In this document: positions 36,185-45,938 of the stretch, in pieces
Position numbering within the stretch: position 1 is the stretch's first letter
Layout: each line of letters begins with the position of its first letter
From: a virus
Length of the DNA stretch: 64,000 nucleotides
Strand: one strand, 5' to 3'
IMG/VR virus record: IMGVR_UViG_3300031688_001339
Program-made: the position numbers and the translations under genes
The notes under the pieces: generated by a model
Database searches by the model: none
Seen by the model: the letters and a program-made list of their open reading frames with translations, nothing else
Told to the model about the DNA's origin: nothing

Positions 36185-36658
36185 ATGACAAAATTAGAAG
36201 ACAAGGTTAACGACATATTAGGAATTGAATCATCTTCTACAGAAATTGTAGAGAAGAAAGAATTTACACCAGTTGTACCTAGAGTTGAAGATAAAAATAA
36301 AGAAGATATAGATAACGACTACAAATACAGTAGAGAAAGTTATTTCAATTTAATAGAAAAAGGTCAAGAAGCTATTCAAGGCATATTAGATATCGCAGCT
36401 GAGGGTCAACACCCTAGAGCATACGAAGTTGTAGGTCAATTAATAGGTCAAGTAGGTGCAACAGTTGATAAACTACAAGACTTACAAAAGAAACTTAAAG
36501 ACCTTAAAGAGGTACCTAAAAGTGCCACGTCTAATATTAAAAATGCATTGTTTGTAGGTTCAACTGCTGAATTACAAAAGATGTTAAAAGGAGATCATGT
36601 TGAAACTGTTGAAAGCAAAAACATCACACCCGAAAAAGATAGTACTAAAGATAAGTGA
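36185..36658 (+). CDS. gp16: Terminase small subunit gp16
   Basis: HPRAYEV, NALFVGSTAELQK. Confidence 0.9.
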   Translation: MTKLEDKVNDILGIESSSTEIVEKKEFTPVVPRVEDKNKEDIDNDYKYSRESYFNLIEKGQEAIQGILDIAAEGQHPRAYEVVGQLIGQVGATVDKLQDLQKKLKDLKEVPKSATSNIKNALFVGSTAELQKMLKGDHVETVESKNITPEKDSTKDK

Positions 36659-36890
36659 TTTAACTTATCTTAAATCTCACGGCGTACCATTAAAAGAATT
36701 ATTAGAGGGTCAAGAATTAATTGATCCTATACAAGTTAATAAGCATAAAATAAGTCCAGTTACTAGATACGGAGTTAACGGAAACATATATATGGAAAAG
36801 GAGTGGAGTGTACATAAAGGCAATCAAAGAGTGAAAGCTGCAATACAATTAGGTTACACACACATAGAGGCAATAGTAATAAATGAGTGA
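36597..36890 (+). CDS. Small ParB/sulfiredoxin-like protein
   Basis: GNQRVKAAIQLGYTHIEAIV; start uncertain. Confidence 0.5.
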   Translation: MLKLLKAKTSHPKKIVLKISDLTYLKSHGVPLKELLEGQELIDPIQVNKHKISPVTRYGVNGNIYMEKEWSVHKGNQRVKAAIQLGYTHIEAIVINE

Positions 36891-38517
36891 CGCATATTTA
36901 GGAAACCCAAATTTAAAAAAGATTAACACACCTGTTGATTTTTCTAGAGATCAGATAGTAGAATACCAAAAGTGTGCCGGTAATCCTGTATACTTTATGG
37001 AAAAATATATACAGATCGTATCACTTGATGAGGGTCTAGTACCATTTAAGATGTATCCTTTTCAGAGAGATATTGTAAAGACCATACACGATAATAGATT
37101 TACTATATGTAAACTACCAAGACAATCAGGAAAATCTACAACAACTATTTCTTATCTATTGCATTATGCATTATTTAATCCAAACTCTAACATAGCCATA
37201 CTTGCAAACAAAAGTTCTACTGCTAGAGATATATTAGGTAGACTGCAACTTGCATACGAGAACTTACCAAAATGGTTACAACAAGGTGTAATAAACTGGA
37301 ACAAAGGTAATATAGAATTAGAAAATAAATCTACCATTGTTGCAGCCGCTACTTCTTCAAGTGCTATTCGGGGTGGTTCATTTAATATTATCTTTCTTGA
37401 TGAGTTTGCTTTCGTACCTACTAACATTGCCGAAATGTTTTTTAGTTCAGTTTATCCTACAATTTCTGCTGGTACAAAAACTAAAATGATTATAGTATCC
37501 ACACCTTATGGTATGAACATGTACTATAAGATTTGGACAGACGCAATTAATAAAAAAAATGATTACATTCCTATTGAAGTACATTGGAGTGAAGTACCAG
37601 GTCGTGATGATAAATGGAAAGAACAAACAATACGTAACACAAGTGAGGAACAATTTCAACAAGAGTTTGAGTGTGAGTTTTTAGGTTCTGTAAATACATT
37701 AATATCGGCATCAAAAATTAAATCAACACCTTACATAACACCTTTAAAGTCGGCTCAAGGTGTGGATATATTTGAAGAACCTATTAAAGGACATACTTAT
37801 CTTGCTACAGTAGATGTTTCAAGAGGAGTTGATAAAGACTTTTCCGCCTTTATTGTATTTGATGTTACAAGTATGCCTTATAAGATTGTATGTAAATATA
37901 AGAGTAACGAAATTAAACCTTTTGTTTTTCCTAATATAATATCTAAAGTATGTAAAGGATATAATGAAGCACATATACTAACAGAGGTTAATGACATAGG
38001 TCAACAAGTTGCAGAAGCTTTGCAATACGAAATTGAATATGGTAACATATTGATGACTACTCAAAAAGGTCGTGCTGGACAAATATTAGGTGCGATGTAT
38101 AGTGGTAGAGGATCATCTTTAGGTGTTCGTATGACCAAGGCAACCAAAAGAATAGGTTGTTCCAATATTAAGACATTAATAGAGGGTGACAAAGTTGTCA
38201 TTAATGATTTCAATATTATTCAGGAGATGTCTACTTTTACTAAAAGAGGTCAAAGTTGGCAGGCAGAGGACGGTTCACATGACGATTTAATGATGTGTCT
38301 AGTCATATTTGGTTGGTTATCTAATCAACCTTATTTCAAAGAATTGACTAATACCAACGCTAGAGAACGTATGTATGAAGAACAAAAGAACTTAATTGAA
38401 CAGGATATGGCACCATTTGGCTTTGTTGATAATGGTGTTGATGATCCTGAAAATGACGCAGAAACCGTAGATGAATATGGAACTAGATGGTTTCCTGTGT
38501 CCAGAAAAGGTCAGTAA
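36883..38517 (+). CDS. gp17: Terminase large subunit gp17
   Basis: PRQSGKS Walker A, IFLDEFAF, VSTPYG, HDDLMM. Confidence 0.97.
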   Translation: MSDAYLGNPNLKKINTPVDFSRDQIVEYQKCAGNPVYFMEKYIQIVSLDEGLVPFKMYPFQRDIVKTIHDNRFTICKLPRQSGKSTTTISYLLHYALFNPNSNIAILANKSSTARDILGRLQLAYENLPKWLQQGVINWNKGNIELENKSTIVAAATSSSAIRGGSFNIIFLDEFAFVPTNIAEMFFSSVYPTISAGTKTKMIIVSTPYGMNMYYKIWTDAINKKNDYIPIEVHWSEVPGRDDKWKEQTIRNTSEEQFQQEFECEFLGSVNTLISASKIKSTPYITPLKSAQGVDIFEEPIKGHTYLATVDVSRGVDKDFSAFIVFDVTSMPYKIVCKYKSNEIKPFVFPNIISKVCKGYNEAHILTEVNDIGQQVAEALQYEIEYGNILMTTQKGRAGQILGAMYSGRGSSLGVRMTKATKRIGCSNIKTLIEGDKVVINDFNIIQEMSTFTKRGQSWQAEDGSHDDLMMCLVIFGWLSNQPYFKELTNTNARERMYEEQKNLIEQDMAPFGFVDNGVDDPENDAETVDEYGTRWFPVSRKGQ

Positions 38518-38536
38518 ATACGTAAGTTAACATCTT

Positions 38537-38544
38537 TATAAATA
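38537..38544 (+). promoter_or_regulatory. Late promoter for gp18
   Basis: TATAAATA within an ACATCT/AGATGT inverted repeat. Confidence 0.7.
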
Positions 38545-38637
38545 GATGTAACTGATAAGTTTAAATATGGGCGTATTAATAATACGAGTTGTGAAATATA
38601 ATATTAATAAATTAGCTAATTAAGAGGAGAATAACCT

Positions 38638-40563
38638 ATGGCATTTCAAGTATCACCAGGCGTTCTCGTTCAGGAAAAAGATTTAACAAGAATCATTCCT
38701 GCTGTATCAACATCTATAGGCGCATTTGCTGGCGAGTTCAGAAAAGGTCCTTTAGATCAAGTTACATCAATCTCTAGTGAGCAAGAGTTAGTACAAGTTT
38801 TTGGTAAACCAGATAATTCAAATTTTGAGGATTTCTTTACACCAGCAAACTTCTTACAATACTCTAACGCTTTAAGAGTTGTACGAGCACAAAACACAGG
38901 TGTTTCAAACGCTACCGTATCAGGTAGTTTGTTTGTAATAAAGAACACACAAGACTATCAAGACAATTGGTCAACAGGAGCGGCTACAGTTGGAGAATGG
39001 GCAGGCAGAACTGCAGGAGCATGGGGTAATACCTTAAAAGTTTCTGTATGTCACAGCGCAGTCGGTTTCCAAGAAGACGCAAAGACAACATTAGATGACG
39101 CTGCTATGGCAGTTGGTCATACAACAGTAACAGTAACATCTGGAACAGGTATTGCAGTTGGAGATATTTTAGAATTTTCAAAAACAGCAGCTGGAACAGA
39201 TTACGATGGTTACAAATACAGAGTAACAGTAGTTAACTCTAACGATATAACTTTCGTTAGATCAGACACAGGTCAAGGTGGTTTACACCAAGTACCTGCT
39301 AACGGTGCAAACGTTAAAAGACTTTGGGAATATTTTGATGCAGTATCAAGTGCTCCTGGAACATCTCCTCACGCAACAGCGAGATTAGGTGTTAATGACG
39401 AAATGCATGTTGTAGTAATAGACGAAGATGGTCTTATTACAGGAACTCGTGGCGAAGTGTTAGAAGTATTTGATAAAGTTTCAAAAGCTTCAGACGCTAA
39501 AACTCCACAAGGTGATACTAATTACTATGCAGATGTAATTTACAATAAATCAAATTACATTTATTGGACAGATCACCACGCTTCAGGAACAAATCATGGT
39601 TCAGCGGCTGCAGGCATAACGTTTACAGCAGTTGATTCTATTAAAACTGATTCATTACAAGCAGGTGCTGACGGTACAACGGCAACTACAGGACAGAAAA
39701 AAACAGCATACGAAATGTTTGAAGATTCTGAAACAGTAGATGTTGGCCTAATCATGGGTGGTAAATGTGACGCTACACACGTAGACGACTTAATATCATT
39801 AGCAGAAAAAAGAAAAGACGCTATCGCATTCGTATCTCCTCAGAGAACAGATGTAGCTGGTGTTGCTTCTTCTATTACGCAAACACAAAATGTTTTATCA
39901 TTTTGCAATGGTATTAGATCATCATCATACGTGATGATAGACAGTGGTTACAAATATATGTACGACAGATATAATGACGTATATAGATATGTTCCATTAA
40001 ATGGAGACATTGCAGGTCTAGCGGCTAGAACTGATTTAATTGCAGACAGTTGGTTTTCACCGGCTGGATATAACAGAGGTGTTATAAGAGGCGCAGTTAA
40101 ATTAGCATACAATCCTAAAAAATCTCAAAGAGATGAGTTATACAAAGCTCGTGTTAATCCTGTGGTAACATTCCCAGGTCAAGGCACAATTCTTTTTGGT
40201 GACAAAACAGGATTATCAGCTCCAAGTGCTTTTGATAGAATAAACGTAAGAAGATTGTTTATTGTATTAGAAAAAGCGATTGCTACTGCTTCTAAATTTC
40301 AACTTTTTGAGTTCAATGATGAATTTACAAGAGCAAACTTTAGAAACATAGTTGAACCTTTTTTAAGAGAAGTACAAGGTAGACGTGGTATCACAGACTT
40401 TTTAGTAGTATGTGACGAATCAAATAACACAGGTGAAGTAATTGATAGAAATGAGTTTATTGCTGAGATATTTATCAAACCAGCAAGAAGTATCAACTTT
40501 ATTACATTACAATTCATCGCAACACGAACCGGCGTTTCTTTTGAAGAAGTCGCAGGCGGTTAA
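38638..40563 (+). CDS. gp18: Tail sheath protein gp18
   Basis: FQVSPGV, WFSPAG, FDRINVRRLF, KPARSINFI. Confidence 0.97.
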   Translation: MAFQVSPGVLVQEKDLTRIIPAVSTSIGAFAGEFRKGPLDQVTSISSEQELVQVFGKPDNSNFEDFFTPANFLQYSNALRVVRAQNTGVSNATVSGSLFVIKNTQDYQDNWSTGAATVGEWAGRTAGAWGNTLKVSVCHSAVGFQEDAKTTLDDAAMAVGHTTVTVTSGTGIAVGDILEFSKTAAGTDYDGYKYRVTVVNSNDITFVRSDTGQGGLHQVPANGANVKRLWEYFDAVSSAPGTSPHATARLGVNDEMHVVVIDEDGLITGTRGEVLEVFDKVSKASDAKTPQGDTNYYADVIYNKSNYIYWTDHHASGTNHGSAAAGITFTAVDSIKTDSLQAGADGTTATTGQKKTAYEMFEDSETVDVGLIMGGKCDATHVDDLISLAEKRKDAIAFVSPQRTDVAGVASSITQTQNVLSFCNGIRSSSYVMIDSGYKYMYDRYNDVYRYVPLNGDIAGLAARTDLIADSWFSPAGYNRGVIRGAVKLAYNPKKSQRDELYKARVNPVVTFPGQGTILFGDKTGLSAPSAFDRINVRRLFIVLEKAIATASKFQLFEFNDEFTRANFRNIVEPFLREVQGRRGITDFLVVCDESNNTGEVIDRNEFIAEIFIKPARSINFITLQFIATRTGVSFEEVAGG

Positions 40564-40584
40564 TTAGCAGAGGAGAAATAAAAA

Positions 40585-41112
40585 ATGGCAAACATTAATG
40601 ACTTCAAAGCTAAACTTGCAGGCGGTGGCGCAAGAGCCAATCAGTTTAAGGTTACAATGCCTTTCCCTGGTTACGCACAAGTTGGTGGAGAAATAGAAGA
40701 CTTAGCGTTTCTATGTACAGCTACATCTATTCCTGGAATGACGATATCAAATATCAACGTTCCTTTTAGAGGTAGAGCAATTAAAATTGCAGGCGATAGA
40801 ACAATAGCGAGTTGGTCAATTACAGTACTAAACGATACAAACTTCAAAATCAGAAATGCTTTTGAAAGATGGCAGAATGGTATTAATAATATGACTGATA
40901 ACGAGGGATTAACTAATCCAGTTGATTACCAAGTAGACGCTTTTGTTGATCATCTTGACAGAAACGGTAACAACGTTAAATCGTATACTTTGAGAGGATT
41001 ATTTCCTACAGAGATTACTGGTATTGACTTATCTTACAGTGAAACAACAGAAATAGAAACTTTTGGTGTTACATTTGAGTACCAATACTTTGAAACAAAT
41101 ACTACAACGTAA
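40585..41112 (+). CDS. gp19: Tail tube protein gp19
   Basis: GGGARANQF, FRGRAIKIAGDRT. Confidence 0.95.
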   Translation: MANINDFKAKLAGGGARANQFKVTMPFPGYAQVGGEIEDLAFLCTATSIPGMTISNINVPFRGRAIKIAGDRTIASWSITVLNDTNFKIRNAFERWQNGINNMTDNEGLTNPVDYQVDAFVDHLDRNGNNVKSYTLRGLFPTEITGIDLSYSETTEIETFGVTFEYQYFETNTTT

Positions 41113-41121
41113 TATAGATTT

Positions 41122-41148
41122 AGAGGGCGGCCTTAAAACCGCCCTTTT
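41122..41148 (+). terminator. Rho-independent terminator
   Basis: AGGGCGG-CCTTAAAA-CCGCCCT followed by Ts. Confidence 0.75.
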
Positions 41149-41189
41149 AAAACTATTATAAGTAGTAGTAGAAATAAGGAGATTAAATT

Positions 41190-42710
41190 ATGGCAGAGTT
41201 TTTTGGATTTAATATTACAAAATCTAAACCTAAGTCGGACCCGAAACAGAATTTTAGTACCCCACAAGCAGAGGACGGCACACAAGTAGTTGCTGCTGGA
41301 GGGCATTTTGCGTCACACCTTGACATGGAAGGTAGTGCAAAAACCGAATCGGATCTTATAAGAAGATATAGAGAAATTTCATTACATCCTGAATGCGACA
41401 TGGCAATTGAAGATATTGTCAATGAGGCAATTGTATCAAACGAGAACAAACAATCAGTTAAAATGATAACTGAATCTGTTCCTTATGGTCGTGATGTAAG
41501 AAGAAAAATAGAGGAAGAATTTGCAGAAATATTAAGACTATTACAATTCAACACAAGAGGACACGATCTTTTTAGAAGATGGTATGTTGATGGTAGAATT
41601 TATTTTCAAAAGATAATAGATACTACAACTGATAGAAAAGGTATTACTGAACTTAAATATATTGACCCTCGTAAAATCAAAAAGATTAGAGAGGTAAGAA
41701 AAAGAAGACCTGACGGAGTTGCTCCATCGGCTACAAATATGGTAGACGAAATGATGGAATACTTTATATACAATGAAAGAGGCGTAGGTGGTGCTAGTTT
41801 ACAAGGTATTAAAATTGCACCTGATACAATTGCGTTTTGTCCATCAGGATTAATAGATCAGAATAAAAACATAGTATTATCATACTTACATAAAGCAATT
41901 AAACCAGTTAATCAATTAAGAATGATTGAAGACGCTGCTGTTATTTACAGAATAGCAAGAGCACCTGAAAGAAGAATATTCAAAATTGATGTTGGTAACT
42001 TACCTAAACTAAAAGCAGAACAATATTTGAGAGATGTTATGGCAAGATACCGAAATAAACTTGTTTATGACGCAGGCACAGGAGAAATCAGAGATGATAG
42101 AAACTATATGTCTATGTTAGAGGACTTTTGGTTACCGAGTAGAGAAGGTGGTAGAGGAACAGATATTACTACACTTCCAGGTGGTCAAAATCTAGGAGAA
42201 ATAACAGATATTGAATACTTTAGAGCAAAACTTTATAGATCATTAAATGTTCCTTCAAGTAGATTAGAAGCTTCTCAAGGTTTTAATTTAGGAAGATCAA
42301 CAGAAATTACAAGAGACGAATTAAAATTTACTAAATTTGTTCAAAGATTAAGAAAGAAATTTATTGAACTGTTTAATGATATTTTAAAAACACAACTTGT
42401 TTTAAAAGGGGTAATTGCTGAAGAAGAATGGCCAATTATCAGAGATAATATTTTCTATGACTTTTTACAAGATGGTCACTTTGCGGAACTTAAGCATGCT
42501 GAAATGTTGAAAGACAGAATAAGTTTAGCTAATGATGTAAGAGACTATGTTGGAAAATACTTTTCAGTTGAGTATGTTAGAAAGCATATATTAAAACAAA
42601 CTGAAGCAGATATAGAAAAAATAGACAATCAAATTAAAAAAGAAATAGACACAGGAATAATATCATCACCTAATCAACAAACTATTGATGGTGAAGATGA
42701 CCTTAATTAA
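41190..42710 (+). CDS. gp20: Portal protein gp20
   Basis: YRIARAPERRIFKIDVGNLP, EDFWLPSREGGRGT. Confidence 0.97.
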   Translation: MAEFFGFNITKSKPKSDPKQNFSTPQAEDGTQVVAAGGHFASHLDMEGSAKTESDLIRRYREISLHPECDMAIEDIVNEAIVSNENKQSVKMITESVPYGRDVRRKIEEEFAEILRLLQFNTRGHDLFRRWYVDGRIYFQKIIDTTTDRKGITELKYIDPRKIKKIREVRKRRPDGVAPSATNMVDEMMEYFIYNERGVGGASLQGIKIAPDTIAFCPSGLIDQNKNIVLSYLHKAIKPVNQLRMIEDAAVIYRIARAPERRIFKIDVGNLPKLKAEQYLRDVMARYRNKLVYDAGTGEIRDDRNYMSMLEDFWLPSREGGRGTDITTLPGGQNLGEITDIEYFRAKLYRSLNVPSSRLEASQGFNLGRSTEITRDELKFTKFVQRLRKKFIELFNDILKTQLVLKGVIAEEEWPIIRDNIFYDFLQDGHFAELKHAEMLKDRISLANDVRDYVGKYFSVEYVRKHILKQTEADIEKIDNQIKKEIDTGIISSPNQQTIDGEDDLN

Positions 42711-42722
42711 TGGAGAAAAAAT

Positions 42723-43073
42723 ATGAGTAGTGAAATAAAAAACTTTATAGATAAATTATCAGCAGGCAAAAATGCTGAAGCAGGTGATTCATTTAAAGAC
42801 GCTTTAAGAGTTAAAGTAGGTGACGCATTAGATAATAAGAGACAAGATGTTGCTGGCAATATGTTTAATGCCCAAGCATTTAGTAGTCCTAAACCAGATA
42901 TTGCGACACCAGGACAATTCAATCAAGACGGAACAATAACTAACGCAGATGGAACACCTGGAGAATCAGGACCAGAGTTAGCGGCTGCGACTGCACCAGA
43001 AGTTGCTGAACCAGTTGCTACCGAGGCACCAGCAGACGCACCAGAGGTATCATTAGATAATGTGGGTGCTTAA
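42723..43073 (+). CDS. Prohead core protein (gp67-like)
   Basis: Position after the portal; helical N-terminus, acidic tail. Confidence 0.6.
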   Translation: MSSEIKNFIDKLSAGKNAEAGDSFKDALRVKVGDALDNKRQDVAGNMFNAQAFSSPKPDIATPGQFNQDGTITNADGTPGESGPELAAATAPEVAEPVATEAPADAPEVSLDNVGA

Positions 43074-43080
43074 TCACAAT

Positions 43081-43335
43081 ATGAAAAAGGTTAGTGATAT
43101 TGTAGAAAACAATAAACTATTTGATAGCAATGCTTATAGAGAGTTAACTCCTGTTATGCAAACTGCTATTAAAGAAGTATATAAAATTATTGATGAAGAT
43201 AATGATATTACTACAGAGAATTTAGTAGTAAAATTTGAAAATGCAGTTGATAGTGTTGTTACAAAACATAGTATACAAAAAGAACAATTAGAAGATTATT
43301 TCACAGACGAAATAATGGAAAAACTAGGAGAGTAA
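43081..43335 (+). CDS. Hypothetical head-module protein
   Basis: ORF within the head operon; the ATG at 43081 avoids an overlap. Confidence 0.55.
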   Translation: MKKVSDIVENNKLFDSNAYRELTPVMQTAIKEVYKIIDEDNDITTENLVVKFENAVDSVVTKHSIQKEQLEDYFTDEIMEKLGE

Positions 43336-43336
43336 T

Positions 43337-43573
43337 ATGGCGTGGGTAGATGTTACAAATTCAAACAATATATGGGAGTATGATAATGCTGCCACAGTAA
43401 GTGCAACTTATAGTGATTCAGCCGCCGGTGCTAATTCAACAGTTGCTAGCGGAATAAGAACATACACTAAACCAGGAACTAGTGATACAGTACAAACTTA
43501 CATAAAAACTAGAAAAAAAGGAACTACAGTGGAACGTGGTGAGTTATCAAAAACTTACTATGACGCACAATAG
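43337..43573 (+). CDS. Hypothetical protein, probably structural
   Basis: SD AGGAGA; head operon. Confidence 0.55.
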   Translation: MAWVDVTNSNNIWEYDNAATVSATYSDSAAGANSTVASGIRTYTKPGTSDTVQTYIKTRKKGTTVERGELSKTYYDAQ

Positions 43574-43583
43574 GATATAAAAT

Positions 43584-43976
43584 ATGGCAGATACAGTTAC
43601 AAAACAAACTATATCAGATACAACTGGTATAAAATATGTAGTTAAACTTACAAATTTTTCAGACGGTACTGGAGAAACTTTAGTCAATAAGGTTGACGCT
43701 TCAGCACTTACATTTATGACGGAAGATGGTGAGAGAAAGTTAGCTAAAGTATGGTACTCAATTAGTACTTCAAATAATAGATCAGCAGTAGAATTAATGT
43801 GGTCAGGTGCAACTAATTCAACATTAGCAATAATTTCTGGAAATGGTCACTGGGATTTAAGAACCTCTGGAAACTCTATATCTAACAATGCAACGACACC
43901 AACAGGCGATATATTACTGTCTACAAAGAACTTTGCAGCTGGTGATAATTATACGATTTTGTTAGAGTTTAGATAA
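43584..43976 (+). CDS. Hypothetical beta-rich protein, probably virion-associated
   Basis: TNFSDGTGE...GDILLST...YTILLE. Confidence 0.6.
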   Translation: MADTVTKQTISDTTGIKYVVKLTNFSDGTGETLVNKVDASALTFMTEDGERKLAKVWYSISTSNNRSAVELMWSGATNSTLAIISGNGHWDLRTSGNSISNNATTPTGDILLSTKNFAAGDNYTILLEFR

Positions 43977-43983
43977 AAAATCT

Positions 43984-43991
43984 TATAAATA
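43984..43991 (+). promoter_or_regulatory. Late promoter for gp21
   Basis: Exact TATAAATA. Confidence 0.7.
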
Positions 43992-44017
43992 TAGATAAGT
44001 ATTAAAAGAGGGAATAT

Positions 44018-44662
44018 ATGAAACTAATATCCGAAGAAATTACACAGTCAGAAATGTTGGTTGAAGAAACCAATGGCAAGAAAGACTATAAAATTAGAGG
44101 TGTTTTCTTACAAGCAGAGATTAAAAATAAAAATGGACGTGTCTATGAAAAAGGCATACTTGACAACGAAGTAAGAAGATATAACGCAGAATTTATCAAT
44201 AAGAAAAGAGCATTTGGTGAACTTGGACATCCAGACAGTCCAACAGTAAACCTAGAGAGAGTATCGCATATGATTACTAAACTCTATCCAGATGGTTCTA
44301 ATTTTATTGGTGAAGCAAAAATAATGAATACACCATATGGTAAGATTGTAAAAGGTCTTATTGATGAGGGTGCTCAATTAGGAGTATCGTCTAGAGGTAT
44401 GGGTTCATTACAAACAAGAGGCGGTGTAAATTATGTAGGTAGAGATTTTTATTTAGCTACTGCTGCTGATATTGTTGCAGATCCATCAGCTCCGGATGCT
44501 TTCGTTGAAGGCATAATGGAGAGTAAAGAGTGGGTATGGGACAATGGCGTTCTCATTGAAAGGGACTTAAATGCCTGGAAAATGAGTATTGAAAGAGCGA
44601 AAAGCGTTGCATTGGCGGAAGCTAAAGCGACAGTCTTTAAGGACTTTCTTAAAAAACTCTAG
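44018..44662 (+). CDS. gp21: Prohead protease gp21
   Basis: GELGHP, GVSSRGMGS, DIVADPSAPDAFV. Confidence 0.96.
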   Translation: MKLISEEITQSEMLVEETNGKKDYKIRGVFLQAEIKNKNGRVYEKGILDNEVRRYNAEFINKKRAFGELGHPDSPTVNLERVSHMITKLYPDGSNFIGEAKIMNTPYGKIVKGLIDEGAQLGVSSRGMGSLQTRGGVNYVGRDFYLATAADIVADPSAPDAFVEGIMESKEWVWDNGVLIERDLNAWKMSIERAKSVALAEAKATVFKDFLKKL

Positions 44663-44665
44663 TCT

Positions 44666-44673
44666 TATAAATA
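44666..44673 (+). promoter_or_regulatory. Late promoter for gp22-gp23
   Basis: Exact TATAAATA. Confidence 0.7.
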
Positions 44674-44730
44674 TACACAAGAATTTATAACTAGTTAAAG
44701 AAAATAAATTAATACGAAGGAGATATCTCA

Positions 44731-45915
44731 ATGGCCGAAAACTTAAAAAACATTGAAGTAACAAAAGACCAGAAAGACGTAGCAGAAAATACTGCCAATC
44801 CGTCTGCTGATCTTCCGAAAAAAAATGCTGTTGCAGCTGAACCGAATCACTTATCAAATAGTGCTGAGGATTTAGGTGCGGCTGTAGTTAAACCTACAGA
44901 CAGTAACCCGGATGCTTCAAAAACAGTTAAACAAGTTTCTGGACAACCTGCTCAAAAAAGTCAAGGTTCTGCTGACGCAATGCCAACACTTAAAAAAGAA
45001 GGTGCTAAAGAAACTACGGACGCTGACGATAAAGAAACAGTTAAAGAAGGCGAAATGCCAGCTGGTCTGAAAAAATACCTTGACAAAAAAGACGACAAGG
45101 AAGCTGATACTAAAAAAGAAGAAGTTGAAGCGAAAAAAGAAGACGAGAAGGACGAAGAAGTTAAAGCAAAAGACATAGACGTAAAAGAACATGTTGAAGC
45201 TTTAATCGCTGGACAATCTGATTTATCGGAAGAGTTCAAAACAAAAGCTGCAACAATTTTTGAAACTGCAATTAAATCTAAAGTAAAAGAAATTTCAGAA
45301 GAAATTGAAGCAGATTTTAACAAAAGATTCGAAGAAGAAACCTCTACAGCAAAAGCTGAGTTAGTTGAAAAAGTTGATTCTTATCTATCATACGTGGTAG
45401 AAGAATGGATGAAAGAAAACGAACTTGCTTTAGAAAGAGGAATCAAAGGCGAAATCGCTGAGGACTTTATCAGTGGTCTTAAAAAATTATTTGAAGACCA
45501 TTACATAAATGTTCCAGATGAAAAATATAATGTACTTGAAGATCAAGCTTCAAAAATTGAAACGTTAGAAAAGAAACTTAACGAATCAATTGAGAAGAAT
45601 GTTGAACTAAGCAAATTAGGTAACAAGTTTAAACAAGCTGAAATTTTAGATGAAGCTTCAAAAGACTTAACTGAAACTGCAAAAGAAAAGTTTAACAAAC
45701 TTGCTGAAGAAGTAGATTATTCAACAGAAACCGATTTTAGAGCAAAAGTAAGTATCATAAAAGAATCTTATTTCAAACCTAAGACTGTTACTGGTGACGG
45801 TATAGATGAAGTAGCGGCTGGCGAAGGAAACTCTAACGAGGATCTTAGCAATGCGATGGCTGCTTATAGTGCCGCTATAAGTCAAACAAAAGACATTAAA
45901 TTGTCTAACAAATAA
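44731..45915 (+). CDS. gp22: Prohead scaffold protein gp22
   Basis: LSEEFKTKAATIFE, YVVEEWMKENELA, IKESYF. Confidence 0.93.
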   Translation: MAENLKNIEVTKDQKDVAENTANPSADLPKKNAVAAEPNHLSNSAEDLGAAVVKPTDSNPDASKTVKQVSGQPAQKSQGSADAMPTLKKEGAKETTDADDKETVKEGEMPAGLKKYLDKKDDKEADTKKEEVEAKKEDEKDEEVKAKDIDVKEHVEALIAGQSDLSEEFKTKAATIFETAIKSKVKEISEEIEADFNKRFEEETSTAKAELVEKVDSYLSYVVEEWMKENELALERGIKGEIAEDFISGLKKLFEDHYINVPDEKYNVLEDQASKIETLEKKLNESIEKNVELSKLGNKFKQAEILDEASKDLTETAKEKFNKLAEEVDYSTETDFRAKVSIIKESYFKPKTVTGDGIDEVAAGEGNSNEDLSNAMAAYSAAISQTKDIKLSNK

Positions 45916-45938
45916 AAATAATAGGGAGATAAAGAAAC

